NCBI GenBank assembly: GCA_003252295.1
Contig: QKEV01000007.1
Span: 80,139 to 144,138 of the forward strand
Direction of reading: 5' to 3'
Length of the DNA: 64,000 bases
Source: a bacterium
GTDB taxonomy: Bacteria > Patescibacteriota > Minisyncoccia > Phycocordibacterales > UBA12088
Shown here one piece after another: positions 9,596 through 19,197 of this stretch. The notes beneath the pieces were generated by a model. That model made no database searches, was not told the origin of the DNA, and saw only the letters and a list, made by a program, of their open reading frames with translations. Both the position numbers and the translations under genes were made by a program. Each line of letters opens with the position of its first letter. Positions within the stretch are counted from its first letter, which is position 1.

Positions 9596-10094
9596 GATTA
9601 TTGTTGTTTACAGTATCAAAAGATATACGTAGTTCAGGGAAAATCGTGCTTGGTTTTGCATAAGTGACATCTGTTTCTGGTAACACAACACTACCGTCAA
9701 GGGCAAAGTTGTGTGTTCCTTCATTGTACGGTTCTGGTGCATCAGGACCACAAGCATCTCGTATCTCTATCGTAACAGGAACTTTGTCTATACCGTGTTC
9801 TTTGAGGACTTGGATACGATGGTTCCCTGCTTCTAATCGAAGTGTTCTTGATGTGCGTCCCATACGTACAATGAGCGGGTCAAAGAGACCGTTTTCTTTG
9901 ATGTCGTTCCAGAGGTCATCAAGACTGCACAGATTTCCATTTTTTAGGTCAGCTGTTGTGGAAACATCAGTGCCTCGATACTTAAAAACCCAGTCTACAG
10001 GTACGAGTTCCACATACCCCTGCTTACAGAGTTCATGCTCTCTCCATATTTCCTTTACCTGCATTACAAATATAGTAACATTTTTACTCTCCAT
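9585..10094 (-). CDS. ParB/Sulfiredoxin-like N-terminal domain protein
   Basis: LWNDIKENGLFDPLIV...LEAGNHRIQVLKEHG..KVPV. Confidence 0.75.
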   Translation of the reverse strand: MESKNVTIFVMQVKEIWREHELCKQGYVELVPVDWVFKYRGTDVSTTADLKNGNLCSLDDLWNDIKENGLFDPLIVRMGRTSRTLRLEAGNHRIQVLKEHGIDKVPVTIEIRDACGPDAPEPYNEGTHNFALDGSVVLPETDVTYAKPSTIFPELRISFDTVNNNNHEK

Positions 10095-10145
10095 ATGATA
10101 AATCATATGGATGCAAATGATCTACAACACAGGGACATTTCTGGA

Positions 10146-10859
10146 TTATTTCAGTTTTTCAAAAACAACAGGAATTTCAAATGACGCGTCGTTCTCTGGA
10201 AGACCAGATGGGTTATCGTTACGGAAAATGATAGCACCGTTACTGCTTGGTGTATCGGTTGCGAAAGTGTAACCAATGCTACCGCTAAATGGGACAAACT
10301 CTTCGGTCATCCAGTCGCCTTCTGCTGTGATGTATCCTTCACCGATAATGAGTCCATCCCAGTCAACAACGGTAACAGGAGCAGTACCTTCAAAGAACCA
10401 ATACCCACGTGCGCTGCCATATAGTTGTATTGGGTTTGCTACTACACCATCTTCTTGTGGTACATCTACCATGATCTGTTCAGTTGAGGTTGCATCCTTT
10501 GTATCAACAACTAGAACGCAATCAGTGTACTCAACACCCTGAATGGTGATGTTTGCAGTATCCTGATGCTCCCAGAAGCTCACTGTACCATCCTCACTTT
10601 CATAACGTGCCCCAGAAGCAGTCATACTCCTGTTGAGAATGTATGTGTCATCGTTATGTACCAATCTTGCAGCATCAGCGTTTTCGCTGTACTGAATACT
10701 AAAAATATCATTCTGATGAGTGAACTGGTAAACATCCTCTCGATACTGAATCGTGTCTATCACACTTTCCTCAGTCACTACTGTACGTGTACCACTCCAG
10801 TAAAAGTAAGCAACCAAGATCACAAGTAGACCAAGAACTAGTACTACTGCATTTTTCAT
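10146..10859 (-). CDS. MliC-like lysozyme inhibitor domain + Gmad2 Ig-like domain protein
   Basis: TASGARY...FWEH (MliC SxSGxxY); GSARGYWFFEG...WMTEEFVPF...DNPSG (Gmad2). Confidence 0.75.
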   Translation of the reverse strand: MKNAVVLVLGLLVILVAYFYWSGTRTVVTEESVIDTIQYREDVYQFTHQNDIFSIQYSENADAARLVHNDDTYILNRSMTASGARYESEDGTVSFWEHQDTANITIQGVEYTDCVLVVDTKDATSTEQIMVDVPQEDGVVANPIQLYGSARGYWFFEGTAPVTVVDWDGLIIGEGYITAEGDWMTEEFVPFSGSIGYTFATDTPSSNGAIIFRNDNPSGLPENDASFEIPVVFEKLK

Positions 10860-10940
10860 ACAATAATGTTCTCACTTTTGCAGTAAATGTCAATCATACA
10901 TACCTATTCCTCACATGGTCGTGCTTGGTATACTTTGAGT

Positions 10941-11357
10941 ATGCAACTTTGGATCATATATGCACTCCTGTCAGCTGTTTTTGCATCGCTTGTAGCTATT
11001 TTAGGTAAAGTTGGCTTAAAAGATATTGATAGTACGCTCGCAACCACGGTACGTGCCTGCATTATGGCAGGTTTCCTGGTACTTCTTACTTTTGTACTAG
11101 GAAAATGGAATGGCTTATCTGAGATACAGAACAAGTCACTCGTTTTCATTTTACTTTCTGGTGTAGCTGGTGCTCTCTCGTGGCTTGCATACTTTGCAGC
11201 GTTGAAAACAGGACCTACGTCAGATGTCAGCGCACTCGATCGCCTTTCGATTGTTTTTGTCTTTGTGTTTGCGGTACTATTTCTTGGAGAAGCGTTCACA
11301 TGGAAAGCAGCACTTGGTGTTGGTCTGATAGTAAGTGGTGCATTTCTGATGCTGTAG
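10941..11357 (+). CDS. EamA/DMT family transporter (half-size)
   Basis: AILGKVGLKDIDS.LAT..R, LSWLAYF.ALK.G; TATACT 6 nt before ATG. Confidence 0.88.
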   Translation: MQLWIIYALLSAVFASLVAILGKVGLKDIDSTLATTVRACIMAGFLVLLTFVLGKWNGLSEIQNKSLVFILLSGVAGALSWLAYFAALKTGPTSDVSALDRLSIVFVFVFAVLFLGEAFTWKAALGVGLIVSGAFLML

Positions 11358-11471
11358 CACTTGTGTGCAATACATAAAATTATATAAAGCTGTGTAAAGA
11401 TTTCCATTGTGTGTTTTTAGGGAAAAAATCAGTTATACTTTACCTAACATTTACTCACTAAATTTATAACT

Positions 11472-11885
11472 ATGAAAAAGACACTTTTCACCCTTTCGCT
11501 TCTTGGGCTTGCATTCTCAGGATATCTAGGAGGGGTAAAACTATTTTCAGGTACCTGTGCATTTAACCAGTCATGCCCTTACTTTTTAGGCTACCCGGCA
11601 TGTTTCTACGGTTTCTTCATGTACGTTATTATCACCTTAGCTGCAACGAAGCTCGTATTCTGTAAACGAGGCAATCCTCTTACTGCACTTCCAGTACTCT
11701 ACTGGACCTCGCTTGTGGGCATGATCTTCTCAGGATACTTTGTTGCAGGAGAGTTGCCTGATATCACGACGTGTACCCTTGGTTTTGTGATGTACATTGT
11801 CATCTTTGTAATGACCATCATGATCAAGAAAAATGCATCACAGAGCGACAGTACGCCAGAAATTTCTGATGAAGTAACTGAGTAG
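11472..11885 (+). CDS. VKOR-like 4-TM membrane protein
   Basis: Loop C-x5-C followed by FLGYP, hydrophobic helices; lacks canonical CxxC. Confidence 0.5.
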   Translation: MKKTLFTLSLLGLAFSGYLGGVKLFSGTCAFNQSCPYFLGYPACFYGFFMYVIITLAATKLVFCKRGNPLTALPVLYWTSLVGMIFSGYFVAGELPDITTCTLGFVMYIVIFVMTIMIKKNASQSDSTPEISDEVTE

Positions 11886-11902
11886 TCTCACTGTATCTGC
11901 AC

Positions 11903-11937
11903 AAAACACCTCGAACGAGTTATGTTCGAGGTGTTTT
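11903..11937. terminator. Intrinsic terminator
   Basis: AAAACACCTCGAAC-N7-GTTCGAGGTGTTTT. Confidence 0.7.
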
Positions 11938-12153
11938 TTATGTATTACCAATGAACATACCATGGTATGTTCATTCATCGTAACAATTTTTTGCACCGCA
12001 CCATGGGCAGTGCCACTCTTTTCGTGTCTTGGGTGCATCACCAATAGACCACCACTTGTTGCACTCCTTGCATGTGAAATGGTAAATGACTTCCATACTT
12101 TTTGTACCTTTCTCTGCTTTTTTGGTTTTAGGGTCTGTTGTCACGTTGTATTT

Positions 12154-13632
12154 TTAAGCTTTACCAAGCTCTAGTGTTTCGTTGAGACGTATCTGTGAAG
12201 TGAACTCAGGTACATGGGAGACTAAGAGCATCGCGCCTTCAAACTTGTCGAGTGCGCGTGCAATGACCGGTATGTGCCTGAAGTTGATATGGTTCGTTGG
12301 TTCATCAAGTATCAAGAGTCCCGGCTTTAGGAGTACCAGACGAGCAAATGCAACCAAACCTTTCTGTCCTTCGGAAAGTAAGCCGATCTTTGTATGTATC
12401 ACATCACTCGTGAGAAGAAACCCTGCAGCAACTGAACGCATCTCCTCTTGCAACTGCACATCCATAACTTCAAGCAAGCAATCATAGACTGTTTGATCAA
12501 AGTCCAAGTTTGAAAAGTCCTGTCGGTAGTACCCAATACGCACACCCTGTTCTACCAGCTCACCATCAGCATGACCTGATGCAAGTGACTCAAGAAGCGT
12601 CGTCTTTCCGATACCATTTGGACCAACAATGTGTACATGATCGTTTCGTTTAACTGAAAAGTCACACGTAACCTTCTTAGGTACGTGGTCACGTATCACC
12701 TTGTATGAGGTGAGGTGCAGCACTTTTGCAGGTAAGTCTTTTTGTGTGGGAATAGTAAAGTCACGGATTGTTTTGTCATCTCTTCGGACATCAACCTTGT
12801 TTGCTTCGTGCTCTTCAACTTTTTCACGCATGCGTTTAGCAACCAAGCGCAGCTTTCCTCCCTTGTGTGCAAAGTAGTTCGCCTTCTCCTTGTTTGCGAG
12901 AATATCCTTTTCAAGTTGCGCATTCTTCCGCCTCTCCTTTTCCACCTGTGCCGCTATCTCCTTTACCACATCATGATAGTCACCTGTGTATCGTTCAATG
13001 TTCCTTGTTTGTACATTCAAGTAGAGCACGCCTTCGGTAAAAGCATTGAGAAAATCAGCATCATGAGAAATAACGATTACTGTTTTTCGGTACTCCTTGA
13101 GAAACTTAGTGAGATGTTCGATACCTTCACGATCAAGGTTGTTGGTTGGTTCATCTAAGAGTAGTACATCAGGGTTTTGTATGAGCGCAGAAGCAAGAAG
13201 CAGTCGCGCCTGCTGTCCACCAGAGAAACTACCGACAATGCGATCCTTGAACTCACTCGCTACACTCGCCTTTTTAGGAGCAAGATTCACCACCTCAAGT
13301 ATTTCGTCGATCTTTACATCAATGTTGTACATCTTTTCTGTAAAGCATTTCTCAAAATACGCTCGCAAAGTAAGGTCAAGATCACTGCGCGGTATCACCT
13401 GCTTTGCTGTTGCAATACTTGTACGTGGAGCAATAGAAATTTTCCCAGTATCTGGTTTGAGCACACCTGTGATGAGCCCAAAGAGTGTGCTTTTTCCAGC
13501 ACCGTTTTGCCCCATAAGTGTGAGCTTAGCACCACGACGAACTGAAAAACTCGCCTCATGCAAGATGGGTTTTAGGTCAACATGCTCAAATGAGACGTTG
13601 TTAAAATTTATAAATCCTTCACGTTGTGACAT
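12154..13632 (-). CDS. ABC-F family ATPase
   Basis: Two ABC domains (GQNGAGKST, FSGGQ, LLLDEPTN; GPNGIGKTT, LSEGQ), no TM. Confidence 0.92.
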   Translation of the reverse strand: MSQREGFINFNNVSFEHVDLKPILHEASFSVRRGAKLTLMGQNGAGKSTLFGLITGVLKPDTGKISIAPRTSIATAKQVIPRSDLDLTLRAYFEKCFTEKMYNIDVKIDEILEVVNLAPKKASVASEFKDRIVGSFSGGQQARLLLASALIQNPDVLLLDEPTNNLDREGIEHLTKFLKEYRKTVIVISHDADFLNAFTEGVLYLNVQTRNIERYTGDYHDVVKEIAAQVEKERRKNAQLEKDILANKEKANYFAHKGGKLRLVAKRMREKVEEHEANKVDVRRDDKTIRDFTIPTQKDLPAKVLHLTSYKVIRDHVPKKVTCDFSVKRNDHVHIVGPNGIGKTTLLESLASGHADGELVEQGVRIGYYRQDFSNLDFDQTVYDCLLEVMDVQLQEEMRSVAAGFLLTSDVIHTKIGLLSEGQKGLVAFARLVLLKPGLLILDEPTNHINFRHIPVIARALDKFEGAMLLVSHVPEFTSQIRLNETLELGKA

Positions 13633-13775
13633 AGTGCCAAAGGATACACTAGACGGTACATAGAATCAATTAAGTTATATGTAGTTTACATAAGAAAGAA
13701 TCCTGTACATTTCTGCACAGGATTTTTCTTGTACTCTTATTCGTTTGCTATAGGTAACCTTGTAACAGGTACTTT

Positions 13776-15956
13776 CTATATTCCATCTGTAATAGTGTTA
13801 CCGTGTGCATCGATACTGCAACCGATTTGGTTATATCCTTCAAAGATATCTTTCAAGGCATTGTAGTCTTGCTTGGTACCATCAGGATAGATATCATTGA
13901 ATGCATTGATGATCTCGTCAGTTGACATTGGGTACGGTACATCAGTATGAGCCGCATTTAGGAGTGCTGCTACTGTATGACGTCCAAGCGCAATGAGTCC
14001 TCCTCCACCTTGTCCTAGTACATCCAGAAGAGTGCTACCTGGGAATGCGTCCTCAAAGTAGGTTGCAAAAAGATCATCCGACATATACGGGTTAGCCCAG
14101 AGTTCAGTGTGGTTTTTCCAGAAACCTGGTGTACAACCAGCAAACTCAAGTGTCTCAATACTGATCGTGTGTGCATCATCATCCATAATCTCATTTGGGA
14201 ATCCTTCTGGGTTGTAGAGCACATCTACAATGTTAACAAGTGGATTTGGGTCTGACCCTTGTATCGTGTAATCAACTGTAAAGTTACAGCTATCACCAAA
14301 ACCAAGTGTGTCACAACCTGCATTTGTTGCTTCAGTAGTGATGTCACCTATCACATCATCAAGCACACTCACCAGTATAAGATCTGGCGCATCACTAGAA
14401 CTCATATTCTCTATGGTGTAGTCGTACGTAACCGTGTCACCTACCGCTGCCGTACTTGGACCATTCTTGGTGACCATAACTGATGGCTGGAAGAGGTTAA
14501 GTGAGTGCGTATCACTACTTGAAACCTCGGCACCATCAAGACCTTCCATGGTGTTGTAGAGTACTGTAACCTCGTTCTCTAGAGGATCATTTGCACCTTC
14601 AGGAACGGTAAACAGCACGTCAAACTGACAGCTTTCACCTGCCGCAAGAAATGCACATCCTGCGTCTGTGGCATCTGAGGTTAGGTCTCCGATAACATCA
14701 TCATCTACACTCTCCATAAAGAGATCAGTATCACCCTGGTTTGTAATGGTGAAGCTGTAGGTGGTGTCATCTCCGATTTTTGATAGGTTGTCACCCGTCT
14801 TTTCAACGAGAATAGACGGGTTTGAACAGGTAACGGTTACCAACGCATCATCACTCTGACCGGTTTCTGTGATCGTAGCAATGTTTGGACGCTCACCTTC
14901 ATCTCTATCACAAGCAAACTCAACATCGTAGTTATACGTTGTGTCATCATTAGTCATTACAGGGTCACCACCATTCTGTGCCGCAAACTCACCATTGGTA
15001 TCAGTAATGGTCACTTCATCGAAACCAATAATGTTTGGGTTCACGCCTGCAAAATCAATGTCTGCCGTACCTGAACCACCAGAGACCAAACTTCCATTTG
15101 TTACCTCTACGGTAGCGGTGTTCGTGCGTGTTGTGTCATCTGGCAGCATAGATGTGTACTCACATTCAAGGGTCTCACCTGGAGCTAGTTCGAACGGAAA
15201 GTCTACACCACAAGTAACCTCATCTGCATCACCATAACCATCTATCACATCAGACACACTTTCGATGTAGGCAACTTCTGAATCATTCGGATTGTAAATA
15301 GTAATGGTTCCAGTCACGGCATAGTTGTCATCAACTGTCGTTTTGTCTACGCCGATGGTGTACGTTGAAGTGTCACTTTGTCCTGTTAGAAGGTTGTGCG
15401 TGTCTACATCAACATCTTTTGTTATATCCCACGTAAAAGTGCGGTCAAAGCTTGGTACCGCATCTTTTGAAACTTCCAAGCTAATCACCTCATTCACTGA
15501 TGCGTTCTTAGAACCACTTGAATTAAGGTCAGTAATCGCTTTGAGTGTTCCATCCCATGTTACATTTGCTGTCCAAAGCCCCCCTACCATGTCTGCTGCA
15601 TCAGCAATGTACGGTACACTACCGATAGCTGCGGTTGGTGTTGGGTTTGGGTAGTTTGCAGGACCAAAGTCTGTGGTACTACCATCAGGAAGTGTAACGG
15701 TTACGGTACGGTTCTCAATATCACAACCATCAAGACTTGCCGGGTTTCCAGCACTTACGGTAAAGGTAATTGTTTCTCCTTCTTCAGCGACAATTTTATC
15801 TGAAGAAATATTGACAACACTGTTGTCAGCACTACAGCCAGTTGGAGATTCTGCTAGTGCCACTTGTGCAAAGCCAAATGATAAAACAGCAAAAACAAGT
15901 CCAGTGACTGCCATGCTGAGTCTTAAAAGCTTTGCCGATATACTCGGTAAATACAT
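13776..15956 (-). CDS. Large secreted Ig-like repeat (DUF11/DUF7507-like) surface protein
   Basis: Signal peptide; repeats PS..V.K.G...GD..TY..TI.N; C-terminal GCTPGFWKNH domain; very acidic. Confidence 0.75.
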   Translation of the reverse strand: MYLPSISAKLLRLSMAVTGLVFAVLSFGFAQVALAESPTGCSADNSVVNISSDKIVAEEGETITFTVSAGNPASLDGCDIENRTVTVTLPDGSTTDFGPANYPNPTPTAAIGSVPYIADAADMVGGLWTANVTWDGTLKAITDLNSSGSKNASVNEVISLEVSKDAVPSFDRTFTWDITKDVDVDTHNLLTGQSDTSTYTIGVDKTTVDDNYAVTGTITIYNPNDSEVAYIESVSDVIDGYGDADEVTCGVDFPFELAPGETLECEYTSMLPDDTTRTNTATVEVTNGSLVSGGSGTADIDFAGVNPNIIGFDEVTITDTNGEFAAQNGGDPVMTNDDTTYNYDVEFACDRDEGERPNIATITETGQSDDALVTVTCSNPSILVEKTGDNLSKIGDDTTYSFTITNQGDTDLFMESVDDDVIGDLTSDATDAGCAFLAAGESCQFDVLFTVPEGANDPLENEVTVLYNTMEGLDGAEVSSSDTHSLNLFQPSVMVTKNGPSTAAVGDTVTYDYTIENMSSSDAPDLILVSVLDDVIGDITTEATNAGCDTLGFGDSCNFTVDYTIQGSDPNPLVNIVDVLYNPEGFPNEIMDDDAHTISIETLEFAGCTPGFWKNHTELWANPYMSDDLFATYFEDAFPGSTLLDVLGQGGGGLIALGRHTVAALLNAAHTDVPYPMSTDEIINAFNDIYPDGTKQDYNALKDIFEGYNQIGCSIDAHGNTITDGI

Positions 15957-16248
15957 AAGCCAAAGTATTATCTAATAATGCTACTAATAACGAATAAGAG
16001 ACATTATCAATAACATGCTTTCGTAATGGTGATGGTCTGAAGTGAAGTCAAATACGCACTATCATAGTGTCGTGCGAAGAGCGGTCACTCGTCCTAAAAC
16101 TTTCACAACTGAGGTAGAGGTTCTGTTACTTCTCAGTCTATGCTAATAAAGGAAACCGTCTAGTTGACAAATATTTCTATAATGACACAGTCGGAAAATT
16201 TATAGTTTATACAGAACACAAACTAACCACGAAGCATGTTGTACATCA

Positions 16249-16680
16249 CTACTTCGTTTCTACAATAAGTTTTCCCACCATTCCCATCTGACGATGCTGT
16301 CCTACAGAACAGTAGTACTCATACTCACCTGCCTTGTCAGCAACAAACGTTACTGACGTCACAGTACCGGGGTTGACCTGTAGGGTTGATGCATTGAACT
16401 CATCAACCACCCAATCATGAAACCCGTCTTTCGACTCAAAGTTGATAGTGACCGTATCACCCTCTTGTACAGTGATTTCAGTTACATCAAAGGCAAAGTT
16501 GGTTCCAGAAACATTAAAAATAACGTTTCCAGTATCATCTTCTACCATTGTTTCAGGTACAGCTTGCTGCTCGACCGTTGTCGTAGTAGCCGGCACCTGC
16601 TCATCCTTTGAAGACGTGAATACAAATACACCTGCCAAGAGAACCAAAATGATTCCGACAATAATGTATGTAGACCTCAT
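16249..16680 (-). CDS. Cupredoxin (plastocyanin/azurin-like) membrane-anchored protein
   Basis: GFHDW and YYCSVGQHRQMGM type-1 Cu ligands. Confidence 0.88.
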   Translation of the reverse strand: MRSTYIIVGIILVLLAGVFVFTSSKDEQVPATTTTVEQQAVPETMVEDDTGNVIFNVSGTNFAFDVTEITVQEGDTVTINFESKDGFHDWVVDEFNASTLQVNPGTVTSVTFVADKAGEYEYYCSVGQHRQMGMVGKLIVETK

Positions 16681-16796
16681 AGTACTAATGATTAATCTAA
16701 TAATCACGTTCCCTTGTCCTAATGCACCACTAGGAGTGAATGTGTTACCTGTAGTATATCAAAAGTGTTAAAAAAGAAAAATCACCTGATTATTTT

Positions 16797-17684
16797 TTAA
16801 TTAAGGAAGTTGGCAAGTTTTCTTGTTGCTCCTTTCCCAAAGGTACTATCTATAAGTCTAACAAAAGGCAGTATGTTACCAGTTACTTGTGCCTTAATAA
16901 AAATATCAATAATCTCTTTCTTATTTGTAAATCGACTTTCGTCCTTAGAAAAAATAAGATCTACAAACTCAAGAAATCTTTTTACTTCTTTTTGTCTGCT
17001 TGTATCAACAGTTTTACCACTCTCGTTAAGTAACTCAAGTTCTTCCTTAAACATCTCGTCATTTTGTATAACTTCGTTAAAAAATCTTTTTGTCATGTAT
17101 CCAGTAAGTGCTTCATCAACTGGTCCAAGAAGTTTATCTTCAGCATTTTGACGACTAAAAATATGTAAACCAGTGCGATAGTTTTGCAACATCCCCTCCT
17201 TTGTTATCTGTAGAGCATTATATGAAGCAAGTCTGTGCCAAAGTTCATGAAAGGTTGTGATTGCTGTCTCAATATCAGATCTACGATCAATTTTCACCTC
17301 ACCAAAAAATGATGAATGACTGCCTTGTAGTAATCTTCCTCCAGAAATCTTTTCTAGTGAACCTTCTTTAAGTAAGTGAATATGTTCATCAGTTATGTTT
17401 ACAAACTCATCTTTACCATACTGTTTCGCATACTCGATTACCGTGTTTTTTACCAGTGCGATCAGTTCCAGATCTTCGGGAGTTTTTTTAAGTTCATATT
17501 TCTTGTACTTACTTGCACCTACTTCTCTATACACCTTTTCAAGAATTACTTCTGGGTCAGTGATCAAAGTCCCATTATCAGAATAGATGCAGTCATGTAA
17601 CCGTGTTTCTAACTCCATATAGTCCATATCATTTTCAGAACCCACTAGTTTTTCGTAGTGTGAATTTAGAAACTTTTCACTCAT
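16797..17684 (-). CDS. HExxH gluzincin-like hypothetical protein (paralog of 20211..21149)
   Basis: TFHELWH, downstream DEALT; AT-rich. Confidence 0.7.
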   Translation of the reverse strand: MSEKFLNSHYEKLVGSENDMDYMELETRLHDCIYSDNGTLITDPEVILEKVYREVGASKYKKYELKKTPEDLELIALVKNTVIEYAKQYGKDEFVNITDEHIHLLKEGSLEKISGGRLLQGSHSSFFGEVKIDRRSDIETAITTFHELWHRLASYNALQITKEGMLQNYRTGLHIFSRQNAEDKLLGPVDEALTGYMTKRFFNEVIQNDEMFKEELELLNESGKTVDTSRQKEVKRFLEFVDLIFSKDESRFTNKKEIIDIFIKAQVTGNILPFVRLIDSTFGKGATRKLANFLN

Positions 17685-17789
17685 TTACAAAGTATACATA
17701 CTACACCTTACTGTTGCCAGGTTGTTGTAGAGTACTAGAATATGTATATAAAAAACAGGGAGAGCTGCTAAACTCTCCCTTTTTTGATT

Positions 17790-18130
17790 CCCAGAACCTA
17801 GGATGTGTTGTTTCCAACAAACACCGTTAAGCGGTCAACTGGGTCCATGTTCCCGTGATGTAGCACCAACCAAACTGGAAAAACTATTCGTTATTCTTAC
17901 CCAAAAAATTCTTCCGTCAGTTGCACCACTCGAAGCTTCGGTACTAGGCTACGCCTTCGCCTTCCTACACTGCCGCACCTCAAAGGTAGGTTGCCAGATT
18001 TAAAGACCTTAGCTGTCGATCTGTATCACCCGCGACTTAGTTTACAAAGTAAACACACTACTACCATAACTCCTGGTTGTCACGTTATAGTGACCTCTCG
18101 TTCCGCAGAACTTAAAACATGGAAAGACCT
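17790..18130 (-). ncRNA. Candidate structured non-coding RNA (unclassified)
   Basis: ORF-poor, hairpin-rich segment between an AT-rich promoter-like region and a terminator at 17755-17785. Confidence 0.3.
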
Positions 18131-18331
18131 ACTAAACAAGTTATAAGAAATGTTAAATTATTACAAGTTTACAAACAGCAGTAAGTATTATGATTTCATT
18201 TATTTATCAGTTCCCTTCTAATAAAGCTACAAAGAGTTAAGCGCCATACCGTGAAAAGGTGTGGCGCTTTTATAAAAAATACCGTGGAGAAATTCTTCCT
18301 TTAGGGTTTCCGGTACAAAAAATGCACCATT

Positions 18332-18631
18332 TCACATCTCTAAGAGATGTCGTATCGGAGTGTCGTCCTTCGCGATACAGCTCAAAGTCTGTATCCAACT
18401 TAACTCCGCGATGCTACCGGTTGCTTCCACCCTCCTTTTGGGGAAGATGTACTCTGGATACCACATAGGTAAAAGTTGATCTTGAGACGGTTTTCTCTCG
18501 CGACCGCGTTTAGTCCGTGTTTGTGGTCCAACAACCCCTGGTAAACCAGGTTTGCCCTGTTCCCATTTCAGATTTCCGTGGTCATCTGTCCCGAGAATCG
18601 ATTTTTTCTTTCTTGAAAGAACTCGCTCCAT
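18332..18631 (-). CDS. Hypothetical protein
   Basis: 99-aa ORF MERVLSRKKK; hairpins downstream at 18239-18320. Confidence 0.45.
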   Translation of the reverse strand: MERVLSRKKKSILGTDDHGNLKWEQGKPGLPGVVGPQTRTKRGRERKPSQDQLLPMWYPEYIFPKRRVEATGSIAELSWIQTLSCIAKDDTPIRHLLEM

Positions 18632-18728
18632 ACTTAAAATAGCATATCCAATCATCAATGCAAATCATTTTTAAGTACTGGCTGTCCCCCCTTCGTTGAA
18701 GCTACAGCGGATAAAATCTGGGACAATG

Positions 18729-19151
18729 TTAGAACTTTTTTGCTAACAGATGCAAATGTTTAACAATGTTTGCAATTGACATCCAAATTCCGAGAGTAAT
18801 AAACACAATTAAAAGATAAAAGAAAGTGGTATCAATATCTGAGTATCCTATCATTTCTCCAGAATGTTGAGTATTACTTGATAATGAAAATACAGCACCA
18901 TATGAAATGTAAAAGTAACCTGTAATTATTAACAGCAACACTCTTGAGAGTAAAAAAAGTACCGACATAATATTTTTAGGAATTTTAAGCTGCTTCTTGA
19001 ATATCAATATAATCATCAACATTGGTGATACACCAAAAGACAATACCAAGAACCAAAAGAAATTTCCAAAATATATTACACTACTCAAAAAAAGAACATC
19101 AAAAGTTAAGTACACTTTCGATTTAGTTTGTATTGGTGAAGTATTTTTCAT
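18729..19151 (-). CDS. Hypothetical membrane protein
   Basis: 3-4 TM, AT-rich, preceded by repeat R1. Confidence 0.7.
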   Translation of the reverse strand: MKNTSPIQTKSKVYLTFDVLFLSSVIYFGNFFWFLVLSFGVSPMLMIILIFKKQLKIPKNIMSVLFLLSRVLLLIITGYFYISYGAVFSLSSNTQHSGEMIGYSDIDTTFFYLLIVFITLGIWMSIANIVKHLHLLAKKF

Positions 19152-19157
19152 AATCTC

Positions 19158-19191
19158 AGTATATACACAAACAACCTAGGACTCGGAACTG
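19158..19191 (-). repeat. Cassette-head repeat R1
   Basis: CAGTTCCGAGTCCTAGGTTGTTTGTGTATATACT on minus strand. Confidence 0.8.
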
Positions 19192-19197
19192 GGTCGA

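Noticed and set aside
16040-16125. c-di-GMP-I riboswitch (GAAAG...GGACG)
   Set aside because: Lacks the GGCAAA and GCAAAG consensus and the second stem
17790-18130. tmRNA, RNase P RNA or group II intron
   Set aside because: No GGGG..TTCGA/CCACCA ends, no GAGGAAAGTCC and no domain V consensus seen on either strand
18683-18725. CCTTCGTTGAAGCTACAGCGG inside a TGTCCC/GGGACA hairpin, reminiscent of a dispersed REP-like repeat
   Set aside because: Single copy in the window; cannot be supported without the rest of the genome
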